From: the human T2T-CHM13v2.0 reference genome, Homo sapiens
Strand: one strand, 5' to 3'
Assembly: GCF_009914755.1 (NCBI RefSeq)
Contig: NC_060938.1
Length of the DNA stretch: 64,000 nucleotides
Under the pieces are notes generated by a model. The model was not told where the DNA came from and did no database searches. It saw only the letters and a list, made by a program, of their open reading frames with translations. Below are positions 43,718-61,712 of this stretch, piece by piece. Made by a program: the position numbers and the translations under genes. The stretch's first letter is position 1, and each line of letters opens with the position of its first letter.

Positions 43718-46214
43718 CAAGGCTTATAATTCAAAGATGGTTTGGTCTCTCTTAGCATTAGCTTTGCAGTAGAGATTCAGACTATATATTGTCCACTTTA
43801 ATCCAGTGCAGAATGTTATTGTATACTTCAACAGTATATTCATAAACTCTAGAAATGGAAAGTGACCCAGTTATTCAACTTCCTCAGTTAACAGCAAAGA
43901 GGCATGAGAGGTGAATGGCAGGCTCAATGTCACATGGCAAACAGTGACAGACACAGCCAGGATTTCTCTGGACCTAACACTAATCCCCTTACAGTAGTCA
44001 GGATAGCCAACCAGACACTGTGGTTTTAAATCCATCCATTTAGATGTATGTGATCCTAGTTCACCTTAAATAGCCCAATTCCTACTTTAGTATCTAAACC
44101 TAAAAAGAGTATTAGACTAATTCTTAATATTATCTGGGATGACAAAATAAATAAGATTATTCTCTAGCAGTAAAATAGGTAGACTTAATACCTAGGAACT
44201 TCTATTTTTAAAACCTGACCAAAATTCTGGTACAGCTGTACCTTGTCAAGGGACAAAGAGAGTTAAATATAGTTTGGGTGGGAGAATAGCTTTTTAAAGA
44301 AAAAGTGCTGCTCCTTTTTTTATGAAGACAGGAGTTAAGAGAATCTTATTTTTTTTTTCTGTTAGATTGCATTCATTCACTAAATATTGACATTTACCCA
44401 AACAACTATAACAGCAGAAATGCTACTTCCTTTGCATATTTCTGAGTATTTATTACAGAGCTGGGCTTTTAGTAGTCACTGATTGGTGGTGTCTTTTCCT
44501 ATGTTTAGTACGTTGGATAACTTCAAAACAAAAGTCACTGATGTTATATCAGCTACTACTGATGTACTGCTATAGAGACAAAGAAGCATACGGTTCTTGA
44601 CTATTCCAATGCTTGTGTTGTCCAGAACCATGCAGTGTAGTATGCACTTTCTTAGTTATAATGTCATCAGTAACATGAAGTCCAAAGGCATACAGTTTCT
44701 TTCATTGTGCATGCACCAGAAGCTTAGAATCAATAGCACTCTTATCAGGCTGACAAGCATCAAGTTGCATTATGGTATCTATACTAAAAAACTGGCACCA
44801 TCTAACTATAGCATAGGGCCTAGGAAGCTTTGTTAATATGAGCGACAAGACACATGAAAAGCACATTATCCACTGCTTCAGCAACACTGCATCACCAGAC
44901 ATATCAGCTGAAAAAGCCGAACCTTGGGAAGCTCAAACTTTATGACCTAAACTTCAAAATGTGCCAAACATCACTTTAGTAGAAAGGGTTGTGAATTGCA
45001 AAGGCAATGTGGAGAGAGAGGAAATAGTAAAGGTAAAGAAACAAAGAGGGACAGAAGTACACAATTCTAAGTGATTTTTATAGCAGACACTTAGCCCAAG
45101 TAAGAAAATAAATCGCTAAATGACAAGAAATTGGCCTGTGAGCTAAGCAAGTTTCTCAAGCCAAATATCTTAAAATAAAGGATCACTGGTGGGATGAATA
45201 GGCAACCAAACCACAATCGGCTTGTACATTAGCCAAATATTGGCAGGTCGAGAAAGCTCAGCAAAGATTGACCTGCCATATCCTATAGGGGGTGAAGCAC
45301 AACTTACTGAGGATGACATTGAAAAGTCAACAATCAGGGAACAACTGATGTTATTTATCATTATGAGTCTCTCCACCTTCCCTAAAAACCCACATTGCAA
45401 AGCCAACTTAGAATTTAAGGGAGCAACATTACAATCTCAAGGATTTTGTTCCACATTAACCATCCAGTGGATAGTCCTGGGGAAGCATGTGATGATGACA
45501 GATACAATCCACAAATATGACGGCCAACACACACTCAGGCCTTCAGCTGTAGACTTGCACAAACACAAAAGAAATAATGGATGCAATGACAGCACAGATA
45601 TTCTACTAATATCTTTTAAGGCAAAATCAGCATATTTCATGCTCAGTAAATTAGTTGCTAATAGTGGTGACACAGGGATGCTATCTGATTGGTGTGGTTT
45701 TCATGCCATTCATGGCACTGAAGGCATGATTTAAACTATCAGGCAGAAGTTCCAAGAACAACACGGCGATGTGAATTTAAATGAATACAGTCAAGCTAGT
45801 GGTTCTGTGAAGTGCTGAAAGACTGCAAATTTGGCTACCAAAACCAGTTAATAAACATTCTTTGCTCACTGTGGTAAGGAAAGATGGTTGAGAGTATAGA
45901 TGGAGTTAGCTCAGTTAGTAAATGTATTTTGAACACTTATTGTATGTCAGCCACAGTACTAGGCAAAAGACAATGCCTTTCTTCAAAGAGGTTACTGTCT
46001 AGTGAAACATTTTATAATTTAGAAATACAGTAATCATGTTTGTAGAAGCTATACATAATTTAACAAATAAGCTGCTTTCTAGGTACCATTAGTTATGTCT
46101 GGCGATTTTCTATGTAGCTTTTAAAGCTTCTGATTCTGGATAAAATACTGATTGAAAGTTAAGATGTTTAACAGGTGATGGTATCAAAATGATAAAACCC
46201 CTCATCTTGATTCC

Positions 46215-46516
46215 TTTTTCTTTTTTTTTCTCTGAGACAGGGTCCCACTCTGTTGCCTAGGCTAGAGTGCAGTGGCACAATCACAGCTCACTGCAGCCTT
46301 GACCTCCAGGGCTCAAGCGATCCTCTCACCTCAGCTTCTCAAGCAGATGGGACTACAGGCGTGCACCACCATGCCCAACTAATTTTTGTATTTTTTATAG
46401 AGATGGAGTTTTTACCAAGTTTCCTGGGCTGGTCTCAAACTCCTGAGCTCAAGCAATCTGCCTGCCTCGGCCTCCCAAAATGCTGGAATTATAGGCGTGA
46501 GCCACCGCACTCAGCC
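46215..46516 (-). mobile_element. AluJ
   Basis: Antisense Alu with J features. TSD atcttg(a/g)ttc. Confidence 0.93.
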
Positions 46517-48401
46517 AATCTTGGTTCTTATTTATACAAATTTTTCTATATGCTAGACCTCTGGCTACTAATTATAAAATGCATGGCAAATATCAAAGTG
46601 GTGATGATTTACCTTGGTCAGACCTCACCAAGACCTACTTGGGTTATCAATGTTACCACATGGGTCCTCACACAAATTATAGGTAACTTGGGAATTAGCT
46701 CCCATGATGCTATCAACCGACAGTAATTATTCTGTTGGTAAAAGGCAGTATTGCTTTTGTTAAATTGATCAAACATTTAGGTAAAGTCATGGTATTGAGA
46801 TCAGTATCAGAATGAACAGGGATCTCACTCTGGTGATTGCCACTTTGATAGGCATCAGTTATCACCTTAGGAAAGCAGGTAATTTCATACACATTTGAAA
46901 GGACAAAAGAAGATACCACTCACATCCATGCTTTCAACACTAGGGTTACAGACCACAGGGAGATTTTAACTTATTCTCCTTTAGATTCCTTCTTTTTTTC
47001 CAGTTCACTTGTAATGACTCTCCAAGAAGAGAAATAGACACTGGAAAGGTATTGAACATTTAGCCTGAACATCTACTGGCATGAATATTGCACGGGAAAA
47101 TTTTTCTATATCTGCTCTGTGGTACCAGTGTCTACAACTGCACATTCCTCTAAGAAATACAGTCCCAAAAGGGAAAGGGTAGAGAAATCTGACCTCAATT
47201 GTGGGCATTGGTGTGAGAAATAACACATTGTCTACAGCTCAAAAGCAGTGGAATCAAGGTAGCATCAGACAGAAGACGGCAGCCATTGTGGACAGCTGTC
47301 TCTCAGTGGCTCCAGAACTGCATTGTTCTCACATGAGATTTGTCTATGAGAAGTTCAGCCCATATCCAGTAATGGTTCTGAGAATCTGAATATCATCTTC
47401 ATTTAATACCCAACAAATGATACATTTTCACATACATACACACAAGATCCTTGCTTCTGGAAAGTAAAGGTTGCCCAAAAACAAAACAAGAAGAATCATT
47501 TTGCGGTTGTATGGCTTCACCTTTAGTATTTATCTCAAAAGGGGTCAAGGAAAATGGGAGGGTCTTGGCTCTCTTATTTGATATTATCTCAATATATACA
47601 ACTTTTAGATCCTCTTCCTTTCCAAAAGTCCAATTTCATTCCTTTTTCTGAGAAGAGCAATAAACAGTGAAATATGAATGAGTAATGAAAGTTTAGCATG
47701 GTCAAGTCTAGTCATACCAACCTCAAATTGTGTATAACTATTATCATTGCTAATTAGGAATTATGAAGTATATGCATACTGAAACATATAGGTCTAGCTA
47801 ACCAACTTTATCAGCGTACCAAGTAAAGAAATTATACTGAAATTCTTAAAAATCACAAGGTTAAGACTGGTAACATATAATAGAGACTTTTTTAGCCAAT
47901 TAAATAAGATTTGGCACATAATAGGTCCACAAGAATTTAGCAATGAATGAATAAATGGATAGATGATTGAATTAAGGGAAATAATGTTTTCTCGAGTGGA
48001 AGGCCACTAGTGCTGAGGAAACGTAGGAATTGAAGTATGTAATTGTTGGCGTATGTGCCTGTCCAATGATGGGAAGTTTTTCCAAAGTAGATAACAGCAG
48101 GTGGAATAAAATGCATGTGTATATTCATGTAGGCTGTTTTTAAAAGACATTATCTACATTACCACTTGGTACAAATTCCAAACCATAAAATCACTGAAGA
48201 CACTGTAAACACAGTTTGAGGAGCTATGCTGTTTGCTCCATTTACTTGGTTTTGTTATTTATGCAAGAGCTGTACATTTTAGTACTTTAACTGTTGCAAT
48301 TAGCTAGAAGGGTGGGGAATCCTTAGCAAAGCTTCTAAATGGGACCTATTGCATTGTAGTTACTCAATAAATAAGTACTCTTTCAAAGAAACACCTTCTC
48401 T

Positions 48402-49175
48402 GAAGTCCTTAAAGGAGCTAATGGAGCTGAAAGCCAAGGCTCAAGAACTAGGCGAAGAATGCAGAAGCCTCAGGAGCCGATGTGATCAACTGGAAGAAAG
48501 GGTATCAGTGATGGAAGATGAAATGAACGAAATGAAGCGAGAAGGGAAGTTTAGAGAAAAAAAAATAAAAAGAAACAAACAAAGCCTCCAAGAAATATGG
48601 GACTATGTGAAAAGACCAAATCTACGTCTGATTGGTGTACCTGAAAGTGACAGGGAGAATGGAACCAAGTTGGAAAACACTCTGCAGGATATTATCCAGG
48701 AGAACTTCCCCAATCTAGCAAGGCAGGCCAACATTCAGATTCAGGAAATACAGAGAACGCCACAAAGATACTTCTCGAGAAGAGCAACTCCAAGACACAT
48801 AATTGTCAGATTCACCAAAGTTGAAATGAAGGAAAAAATGTTAAGGGCAGCCAGAGAGAAACGTTGGGTTACCCACAAAGGGAAGCCCATCAGACTAACA
48901 GCGGATCTCTCAGCAGAAACTCTACAAGCCAGAAGAGAGTGGGGGCCAATATTCAACATTCTTAAAGAAAAGAATTTTCAATCCAGAATTTCATATCCAG
49001 CCAAACTAAGCTTCATAAGTGAAGGAGAAATAAAATACTTTACAGAGTAAAGTAAAGCAAATGCTGAGAGATTTTGTCACCACCAGGCCTGCCCTAAATA
49101 GCTCCTGAAGGAAGCACTAAACATGGAAAGGAACAACCGGTACCGGCCACTGCAAACACATGCAAAAATGTAAAG
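48402..49175 (+). pseudogene. L1 ORF1p, N-terminally truncated with a premature stop
   Basis: QSLQEIWDYVKRPNLRLIGVPE…YPAKLSF. A small insertion (gagtaaagtaaag) gives a stop at 49050. Confidence 0.9.
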
Positions 49176-49236
49176 ACCATCAAGGCTAGGAAGAAACTGC
49201 ATCAACTAACGAGCAAAATAACCAGCTAACATCATA

Positions 49237-53059
<3,823 letters not shown>

Positions 53060-53276
53060 ACAATGAGAACACATGGACACAGGAAGGGGAACATCACACT
53101 CCAGGGACTGTTGTGGGTTGGGGGGAGGGGGGAGGGAAAGCATTAGGAGATATACCTAATGCTAAATGACGAGTTAATGGGTGCAGCACACCAACCTGGC
53201 ACATGTATACATATGTAACAAACCTGCACATTGTGCACATGTACCCTAAAACTTAAAGTATAATAATAAAAAAAAA

Positions 53277-54053
53277 GAGAGAGAGAAGATGCAAATAAAA
53301 CACCAAGCAAAACAAGAGGGAAAGAATATTTTCCCCTAGTAAAAGTAAACTTTCAAACCTAGCTGAAATAAACATATGGTTAAATATTGTAAAAGCTAAA
53401 AAAAAAAAAAAAAAAAAAGTCACACACCAAGTGTCTGTGGTCTAATAGTGTAAGACATTATTGATAATTGCAAGAATTGCATTACGAAAAGGATAATAAC
53501 ACAGAGCCCCTTCTAACTGGCACACACCCTTCTGAACACTCTCTATGGGTTAACTCTAATGAGCACTCTGAGGTAGGTAATATTATAATTTCTTTTTTCC
53601 TGATGAGGAGATTAAGCAGCAAGGTAAAAAAGTCTCTAAAGGTAGAAGCTGGACTCAACCCCAGCAGACTCCCCCAGAGTCTGGGATCTTCATACCCTAT
53701 TGCCTCAGTATCATGATTTGGCTCAATTTGCTGCTCTAAAGGAATTGGTGCTAGCTTTCATTAAAATTCAAGAATACCACCCACATGTGGCCTCTTCGAA
53801 TGTGACTGAGGAGAAAGTGAATCAGCCAGATAAGAAGCTGCTCTCTCGTCTCCTTAAAGCATCAGAGTAGGATGTGACCAACAATCAGAGCGGGGTGTGA
53901 CATCTCCAGTGGAAGTGGAAAAAGACAATTGTTTAGGAGCATTTACCACACTTATCACCTCCTGACCAGGGTATCTTGTAGGGATTCAGTATGTATTTCT
54001 TTGTATCTGACATTTGACATAAAAGGTTTTATCACCAAAAAAAAAAAAAAAAA
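53277..54053 (+). other. L1-mediated 3' transduction: two unique segments, each followed by poly(A)
   Basis: aaagaaacaccttctctga occurs at 48385-48403 and 54051-54069, bracketing the L1 plus 53277-54053. A21 at 53398-53418 follows AATAAA (53367-53372). A17 at 54037-54053 follows CATAAA (54018-54023). Confidence 0.88.
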
Positions 54054-54989
54054 GAAACACCTTCTCTGAGTATGACGGAGTGAATTATTTAGATTGTCAG
54101 ATATCAAGAGGAGTTCTTGAAAATATTTAGACATTTTAGAATAGGAAAATTCTGGGTAGGTTTTCATTTAGTCCATTCCTAAACAATAAGGGGGAGGGGC
54201 ATCAACTTGATTTCAAACAAATATTTCTTATTATCAATTATATTTAAGGGGGGTACCACTGTAAGATAAAAGGCCAAGATGAATCATATGTGGCTATCAG
54301 TTATCAGTCTTTCAGGGACAACAAGATGGAAAGGTAGAAAAAATCCCTGATCTCGATGTCGACATTGAGGTAAAGCTGGAAGAGATTGAAATGTCAAGGA
54401 ATCATCAAATTAAAATCTCCCTTCATATGACAATGTCAAAATATGGAAATGTTACTCTGAAACACAGTGGTTGACTGTGAGCCACTGGTATAGAGAAGAA
54501 AAAATGAAATTGCATGTGAAATGTTAATGTGGAATCAATGCCCCAAATCAGGTTGCTCTGAAGTTCCTGGGAGTGAGAGAAAACAGAATTACAACTTGAC
54601 TCTAAAGACATTTGCAACTTTTATAATCAAATACTACTTCTGTCCTTCAAGCCAAACAGAAGAACTATACTATAGGCCCTGATTTAATTGGATGTCTTGA
54701 TGATGATCCTGATGAATGGGCAGAGTCCTGGCATAGTCTGTTAGAAGGAGGAGGTGGGAAGTAACCTTTAGTAGTTAATCAAGCATCTTTGGAAATGGCT
54801 TTAAGACCTCCACTTGGGTGAGCCTCAGGACTGAATCACAGCTCGGATACCTGGGAGAACACATGATATTGGAAACCAAGTTAAAAAAAAATACTCTAGT
54901 ACTTCACCTGGAAAATAGCCACTTTCATATTTTTGTTTTGGGATAGGCACTAAAACTCAGAGAAGGCTATTATAAAATGAATGTCAAGG

Positions 54990-55175
54990 CAGGGTTCTTG
55001 AATTTGACCATTGATCACAATCATCTGGAGGACTTGTTGTAACACAGATCGTTGGCGCCATCACCAAAGTTTCTGAATCGATAGGTCTGGGGATAGCTAG
55101 AGAATATGTAATTCTAACAAGCACCCAGATAATGCTGCTGCTGCAGGTTTTGAGATCACCCTTTGTGAACCATTG
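54990..55175. mobile_element. MER5A DNA transposon
   Basis: cagggttctt…aatcatctggaggacttgtt…tttctgaatc…taggtctgggg…ttctaacaag…gatcaccctttgtgaaccattg. Confidence 0.85.
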
Positions 55176-58100
55176 CTTTCAGGAATCGTTGAACAAAAGG
55201 ATACGTATCTTCCTCACAAAACTATGATTTACCCTCAGTGGAATCTAATCCATGAGTTTACATGCATTTAAAATTAAGAAATGAGCAATGACCACCACTG
55301 TTAATTTGGAACAGTCAAACTAACCTCACAAAAGACTTCTCCAATGGAAAAAAATGGGAAACTCTTTCCACGGTACACACTGGCTTTATTGGCTGTGGTC
55401 TTGGTCAAAGCACAGAATGAACCTTGGCCAGCAGCATGAGGTCTCTCAAGCTGCAGCTGTTGGGCGGAGGCTGCTCTGCCAGTGACTCTGGGCAGGAAGT
55501 GCCTCGTTAGAACTGTTGCATCTATTTTACTCAGGCCAGAGGGGGGGAAAAAGAAAGAAAGAAAAAGTCCCTAGGTTTCTCCAAACCTCTTTTAATGCCA
55601 CCGTGTTAGATGGCTTTGCTACCCATCACTGTTTCACTTCTGGTAACTAACAGCTTGGGGTTCATTATGATGGGAAGTTTCAAATATGCTAAGTATTATA
55701 AATCAAGTCTGTATCTTCACTCACAGTGGAATTAATGACAGCATAAATAAAATGAAAATCCAAAATGACAGACAAGCACAGGGCACCCCGGCTGAAAAAC
55801 ATCAGAAAGCCGATCACTCTGCACCCAGACCCAAACTGCTAGCCAGCAGTCTATAAAGAACATGAAGGATTACTGCAACTTTCATCAGAAATGTGACTTT
55901 ATAGTGAACATCAAGTTCAACAGGACTTCTCACAATGCTTCTTTCCAGGACCCTGCATCACATAAAGGATGAAGTGCTACCACAGTTTTTTCCTTCCAGT
56001 AAACAGTTTAAAATGTGTGTTATTAAAGGCAACCCAGCTTCCTCTGTGTTCATATCATTTTACAGAACTCCTGCCATCCTTCATTCCCTTATCCAGCTAA
56101 GTGCTGAGCAACAATGGACAAACAAAATCTAAACTAGCATAACCACTACCCTAGGGATAACACTGAATAAGAGTTATGCAGTATGATCTGATAATAGCTG
56201 GCTTCAAGAGCTAAGAAGAAAAGGGGGAAAAAAGCTTGTAAAGGGGATATATTTGAAATTGAAATTTTAAAACAGATGTGCAACTGGACACACATTTTGG
56301 GAACTGCTCTTTTGGCTATAAGGTGATGAAGGTGATATGAATAGGTTCTCTGATATATGAAGTACATATAAATACTGTATTAAAAATAGCTGTGTATTAT
56401 CACACAAGGATGAAGAATAATGATCTCATTTTACCAAGAGAAGCCTTTCACACCTGGTTAATAGACCAGGTCACACCTTAAGAAAAATAACAAAAGTGTT
56501 TCATGTATTAATCTCACTAACTCCGCTTGCAACTATCCTGTTATCTTAAAATACATGCACAGGACAAGTGAGCACGACTCTAGCCCACAGGCTGGCCCTA
56601 ATAAAGGACAGAAAGTTGCTTCTAAAGATCACTGAGGAGAGGACTGGATACCAGAGAAGGATATCAAAGAGAGAGAGACTGGGAGAGATGAAATATTTCC
56701 AATAGAAATATAGTATCTCAAGGACAAAGAGATGTACTGTTTCGAAGTACAAATTTTCACATTATTGGTGAAGTGTCTTGTACTTTTGAAAGCCATTTGA
56801 ATGCTTGGTGGCTTCAAATGATTCACAAGTACACCAGACTCTCAATTTAAAAATTTATAAGAAAAAAACAAAAGGAAACTGTGTAATTTAATGGAAAACC
56901 TCATATTATCAAAATTAAAGTTGGCATTTTTTTAAGCAAGTATGATTTTAAGAAAATATTAAATCATTATATAAAGAAGATTGTAAGCTAGTGACTAAGG
57001 AACATTTATCCTACTTTCCCTCAGAATATTTTTTTACTTTTAGATTGTAACATCTGAATTGTTGGTAGTTTAGTATCCATTAGTTTTCTTTTAAAAATAT
57101 ATATATATTGCTTCAAGCCAGTATTCTGATCTTTATTTCCAATTAAGTATACAGCTAAGATGACACAGAGCTCCAATATCTAAGGATAAATTGTAACTTT
57201 AATTTTATTTAAGTAATGCCAGTCAAACTGCTTCACTAGAAGAATAAAAAATGAGAGGGCGACAAGTTGTGGGGTCCTATGGGGCTACAAAAGATAGACT
57301 TTGCAGGACAGTCTAGCATATGCCTGTTTGAGAAAAAGAGAGCATTCGTCCAGAGAATGGCAATTGGCAATTGTGTAACTTCAGTTTCCTGAAACATTGC
57401 AAGTTATCCTTGTAAGTACAGGTGATAAATATTGCAAGGCTCTGTTTTGACTACAGTAGCATTTCCCACCCCCAACATTCTCATTTATGTGCTCAAAGAC
57501 ATTAGGTTCTACATTGTAAAAGCTGGAGGCCATCAGATGATATATTGTTTCAAACATCTTCCTGAAAGGAAGCTAACATGTAGCTATGTTTAGAAATCCA
57601 CTATATTCCTGTAGAGAGCAAGGTCAAGTTCACATCCACAATCATCACAGGGCTTTGCACCCACGTTAGAATACAGCTATGTTAGAGAAGAAAAGATGCC
57701 CAACCACAGAAGTATCCCTAGGGTTTTAGCCATAAGAATGGCCAAAGACATATGCAATATAAATCATTTCCTAATTGGCTGCCCCTGAAAAGAAATGCAG
57801 GGGCTACAAACCCTAGACTCGGCCCTTACAGTGTGGGTCGAACACTTACTAGACTTCAGCGGTCAACAATAGGGGCTATCCTGGTAAAACACTAAGGGTG
57901 ACTTGTGCTGGGCTTGAATTTAGGTAGGATATGGTCATAGGCATAGCTATAGCAGGAGAAGCCAATAGGGGCAGATGAGGGCCAGATGAGGTTAGAACTA
58001 GAAGGTGCGGCTGGTTTCACCAAAGAGCAGATTGGTTTACTTTGTTACTAATCAAAAGCTACGGTGACTTTTCTGAAATTTGCTTGGGGGCTTGGAATCT

Positions 58101-60609
58101 AAAGTTCTGCTTTTCCATGTAAGCATTTCTTCCAGCCTTAAATTAGATGTGTCGTGTTTTGTAAGGAAATGAAACTAAATGGAATCTTTCGTGGTTTAAA
58201 TTTCTTTTGTCAAATAGGGATAAGTTGATATGTTTCTATTGCTAAACATTTGAGAACTTAAAAGCTGAAAGATGGAACTATTTTCATATCAAATTTTGGT
58301 GCATGAAATGCCTTTATATACAAACTTTCCAAAATTTCCTTTCCAGCTAAGGTTCATAATTTAGTTTTGATCCAAGAAAACCAGATGCTTTCGTGAGAAC
58401 AGCTTCCTCATTTGAAGGCCATGAAAATCACAAATTTTCTGTTTTGTTTTAAATTGAGAGAAAACACTGGAACAGTTTGTCTGGGGAGGGGGTGTAAGAC
58501 TCTTGGAAAATTACTCAAAGATCATTCACATTCTTGGCTACCATAGGATGTGTAGTTGCATTTAGAGTAAGAACAAATCCTGAGTAAAACAATTTGAGGT
58601 ATTTATCTCTTCCTAAAAAAAGAGTTTGCTAAGTAAATGTGCCATCTCCTTATATGTAAGAATTTGGTCCCATTTTAAACACAATGTGTTATCTAACTAC
58701 AAAATTCAATACAGATTAGAGAAAATGTTAACAACTACTAAATGGCTCTACATGTACTTTGCATATCACTGAACTGAGACTCAAAATGAAAAATGCATTT
58801 GCCATACTTGAAAGGAGAAAAATGAAGAAAAGTAGGTTCATTTTCTTAGTTAAGTAGGTAGGCATTTTTTATACATGTAAACTTTAAATGCTGTATGCAT
58901 ACTGTTTTATTAAGCTATAGATTTTAGCTCTTTATTAGTAAAAATAGGTAGGTAAACTATAACAATAAGAAAAGTTAGTGGTTCTGGGAAACTGGGTGCA
59001 TAAAACGTTACATAACCAACTGGTTTTCAACCTTCCAGTCAGACACTAGTCAAAGAAATAATATGACCTTAGCCAATGGGAAAAACATTGAGCCAGATTT
59101 CTCCCAGCTGTGTTTCTCCCCCTGTAGCCTTCAGCAACTTCAACGGAAGTTTAGTGTGTTTAGGGAGAAAGATGGCCAGAAGAATCAAAATTATTAAACC
59201 AAAAAGGTCAACCTTCAAATTAAGTATTGGACCAGGCTTACTGCAGAATAAAGTTTATCCTTCCCAATGTCCCAGTGCTACAAGCAATATGGTGGACCAG
59301 CTACTATTCAAACAGGGCTGATATCACATGTAATTGAGGCTACCCTGCCAAAGGGGTGAGTAAAGGAAAGAAGTTGTTGGCTTTAAAATGCACAAATCAA
59401 GCTATTAATGTTTCCTTAGCATTCTTTTTGATTTCCAACTTAAGGGTAGGGTAACTGCAAGATAGGAAAAATCCTCAGAGGAGACAGGTCCCTGGATTTA
59501 ATTCTATATAAACAGGAGGCCAAGGAATTTTGACAAAATTGTTGTTCACAAAAAGTTGACTTTGCCTTTGAAGTTCTAGTGTGTTCCATATTTAAGTCAG
59601 ACACCTTCATTCATCCAACAGTAGCACAGAGCATTCAATAACATGATATAATGGCTTTTTTTTTTAGATTTAAAAAGTTACTTCATAAGATTCCTCTCCA
59701 GTCTGTTATAAAATCACTGGCTACTATGTTTTCAAGCATTTCTCAAGTAAATAATTTGAGTTACTTTACATTTTCAGGTCTAATTGGTTTGGTGCAATTT
59801 TTTTTAAATGACCATAGATGCACTAATAATGGCTTAGATCAGTTCTTATTGAAGAGAATGGATGCATGAAGGCCCTACTAATACATAAAAGAAAAAGTTA
59901 TTTAACTAACATTTATCCATAGGATTTAAATAAAACCTGTTGATTTTCCCTCATATTTTCTTCTCTGCTGGTTATTTAGGACGAAGGAGATAAAATACTT
60001 TGATGTTGGTCAAACCATCAATGGAAATACATTCTCAATACTTTAAATATTACCATAGAGTGATATAGTTTATATGGATCACCAGGACTGTGAGTCACAC
60101 CACACGGGATACTCCCAATATATCCTCATAATGCTCATTAGTACATTACATTGCTCTGAGAATTCCTGAAGTTAGACAGAAGAAAACCAAATCTGTTGTC
60201 TAACCCCAAATTTCTCCAGCTAGCCTGAACAAATCACTCCTGTTTTCATGTAATTCCTGATGCCAAACAAACTTTGCGACATGCATACCTGTTTTTGTAT
60301 CTCATTTTTTCCTCCTAGCACAATGACTGGCATATAGTAAGCACTCGATAAAAGATTTTTGAAATGCATACATGATAAAAATGCATAGCTATACTCTCAG
60401 GTTACATAGCTTGTGTTACGCAATTTTTGGATATCTTCATGTTCTAAAGGAAGAGTTGCATTCAGGTTCATGGAAAGAGGCTGCCATTTTTTTCTTCAGT
60501 ACCATCAAATATGGTAAGTTAGGACAACATACCTTGAGCGGAAGCATCTTTATGAAATGTGAGAACTCTTAATGAGCAAGTGTACTTTAACAAACACAAA
60601 ATGTAATGC

Positions 60610-61608
60610 ATATTACAAAGGTATTGCTTTATTGCCCTTGTCTATGCAGAATCCATGACCCAATAGGATTCAGTTCCTGAAAGTTTACTATTACTTAGCA
60701 TTTAATATAAATCCTTCTCCACTAGGAGATCAGCGTGTAAAGGGAATACGTTCTTAGACACTTTGATGAAAAAAGTTGGGATGGTAGAAGCAGATAGGAC
60801 CAAATTATACAAGATTATATATAAATCTCATGGACAAAGGAGTTTGGTGCTATGATTTTAGTCACAGTAAACCAAAGACGGTCCAGGATATGACTGAAGT
60901 GATCACAGTAGGATATTTGGCCACAAAAAGACAAATAAATAAATTGTGCTATGAATTCTTTACAGTGCTCTACAGTTCAGATATCATTTATGAATTCTTT
61001 ATTGCTATTAAAAATGGATGATTGGAAATAATTTTCAGCTACGGTATGCAGTTGTGGACTGTTAAGATGATAGATATAAAAGTCCTGAGCATTTATAAAG
61101 TGGACTGTCTAATGTTATATATGCACATCTCCACATGTTATAACACATGATAATTTATTAGGGAGAAAGCATTTTTCAAAAAATCAGTTGTATATAAATG
61201 CTCCCTGAATCTAAAGTGCTGGCAACTTTTGCCTCAAGGGAAACTCATTTTCCTTCTTTTTAGCCAGTAATTTTTAAAAGGCCTCAATTAGAAATCCAAA
61301 TTTTGGTTGGGAAAATGTGACTGACCACACTTGAAAAAGGAAAATACAAAGTGAAAAAATATCATTCTTTCTGTGCTAGTATAAGTTGCAAATAAATTAG
61401 CTGCACATCATTCATGATCTGATATTATTTGGATTGGTTTACCATTCACAAGGACCAACAGTATTGTCACTTTTGTCAATGTTTGGCAATACCAAAGAGC
61501 CAAAGCTGCAGGTATGTCTGTTAGATAATCTGGGCCAAATTGCTGTAAGAATAGAGATGTTATTATTTGTAACATACTCATGTAAAATAACAAATTACAT
61601 TTGCTTTT
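60610..61608 (-). other. CEP128: 3' UTR of the terminal exon, with poly(A) signals
   Basis: Unique AT-rich sequence after the TAA. Minus-strand AATAAA at 60628-60633 and 60998-61003. The 3' end is inferred. Confidence 0.6.
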
Positions 61609-61712
61609 TTAGCTCCCATATTCCTCTTTTTTGGGTTGTGAACTTGTTCCATTCATTGTGGCATCTTCCTTGTTTGAAGCTGAATCTGGAGCAACAGTTC
61701 TTTTGGTAAATG
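61609..61712 (-). CDS. CEP128: Last coding exon (phase-1 entry) of centrosomal protein 128
   Basis: Strong acceptor tttttctttttcttcttaccttgccAG, then (x)FTKRTVAPDSASNKEDATMNGTSSQPKKEEYGS-TAA (2+102 nt). The peptide is recognised from memory as the CEP128 C-terminus. It is too short for the ORF track. Confidence 0.8.

Noticed and set aside
45222-45734. 170-aa ORF as a protein-coding gene
   Set aside because: Non-ATG start, no recognisable domain, no promoter or splice context. This length is plausible by chance in 64 kb.
46253-46726. 157-aa ORF (also 38903-39169, 24145-24393, 22570-22818, 11036-11291)
   Set aside because: Antisense-Alu translations (…LECSG…AHCSL…), a familiar artefact.
48349-49050. 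Novel ORF1 fusion protein using upstream flank
   Set aside because: The start is TTG, the L1 promoter is missing and ORF1 is truncated at both ends.
53398-53418. A21 run as a separate processed pseudogene or Alu tail
   Set aside because: No SINE body or separate TSD flanks it. It is better explained as an internal tail of the transduction.
57781-57804. Hairpin gcccctg-N10-caggggc
   Set aside because: A 7-bp stem is expected by chance and there are no other ncRNA features.
60480-60520. 14-nt plus-strand microexon (ttcttcAG…ATG|GTAAGT)
   Set aside because: No plus-strand gene context. Such motif pairs occur by chance in AT-rich DNA.
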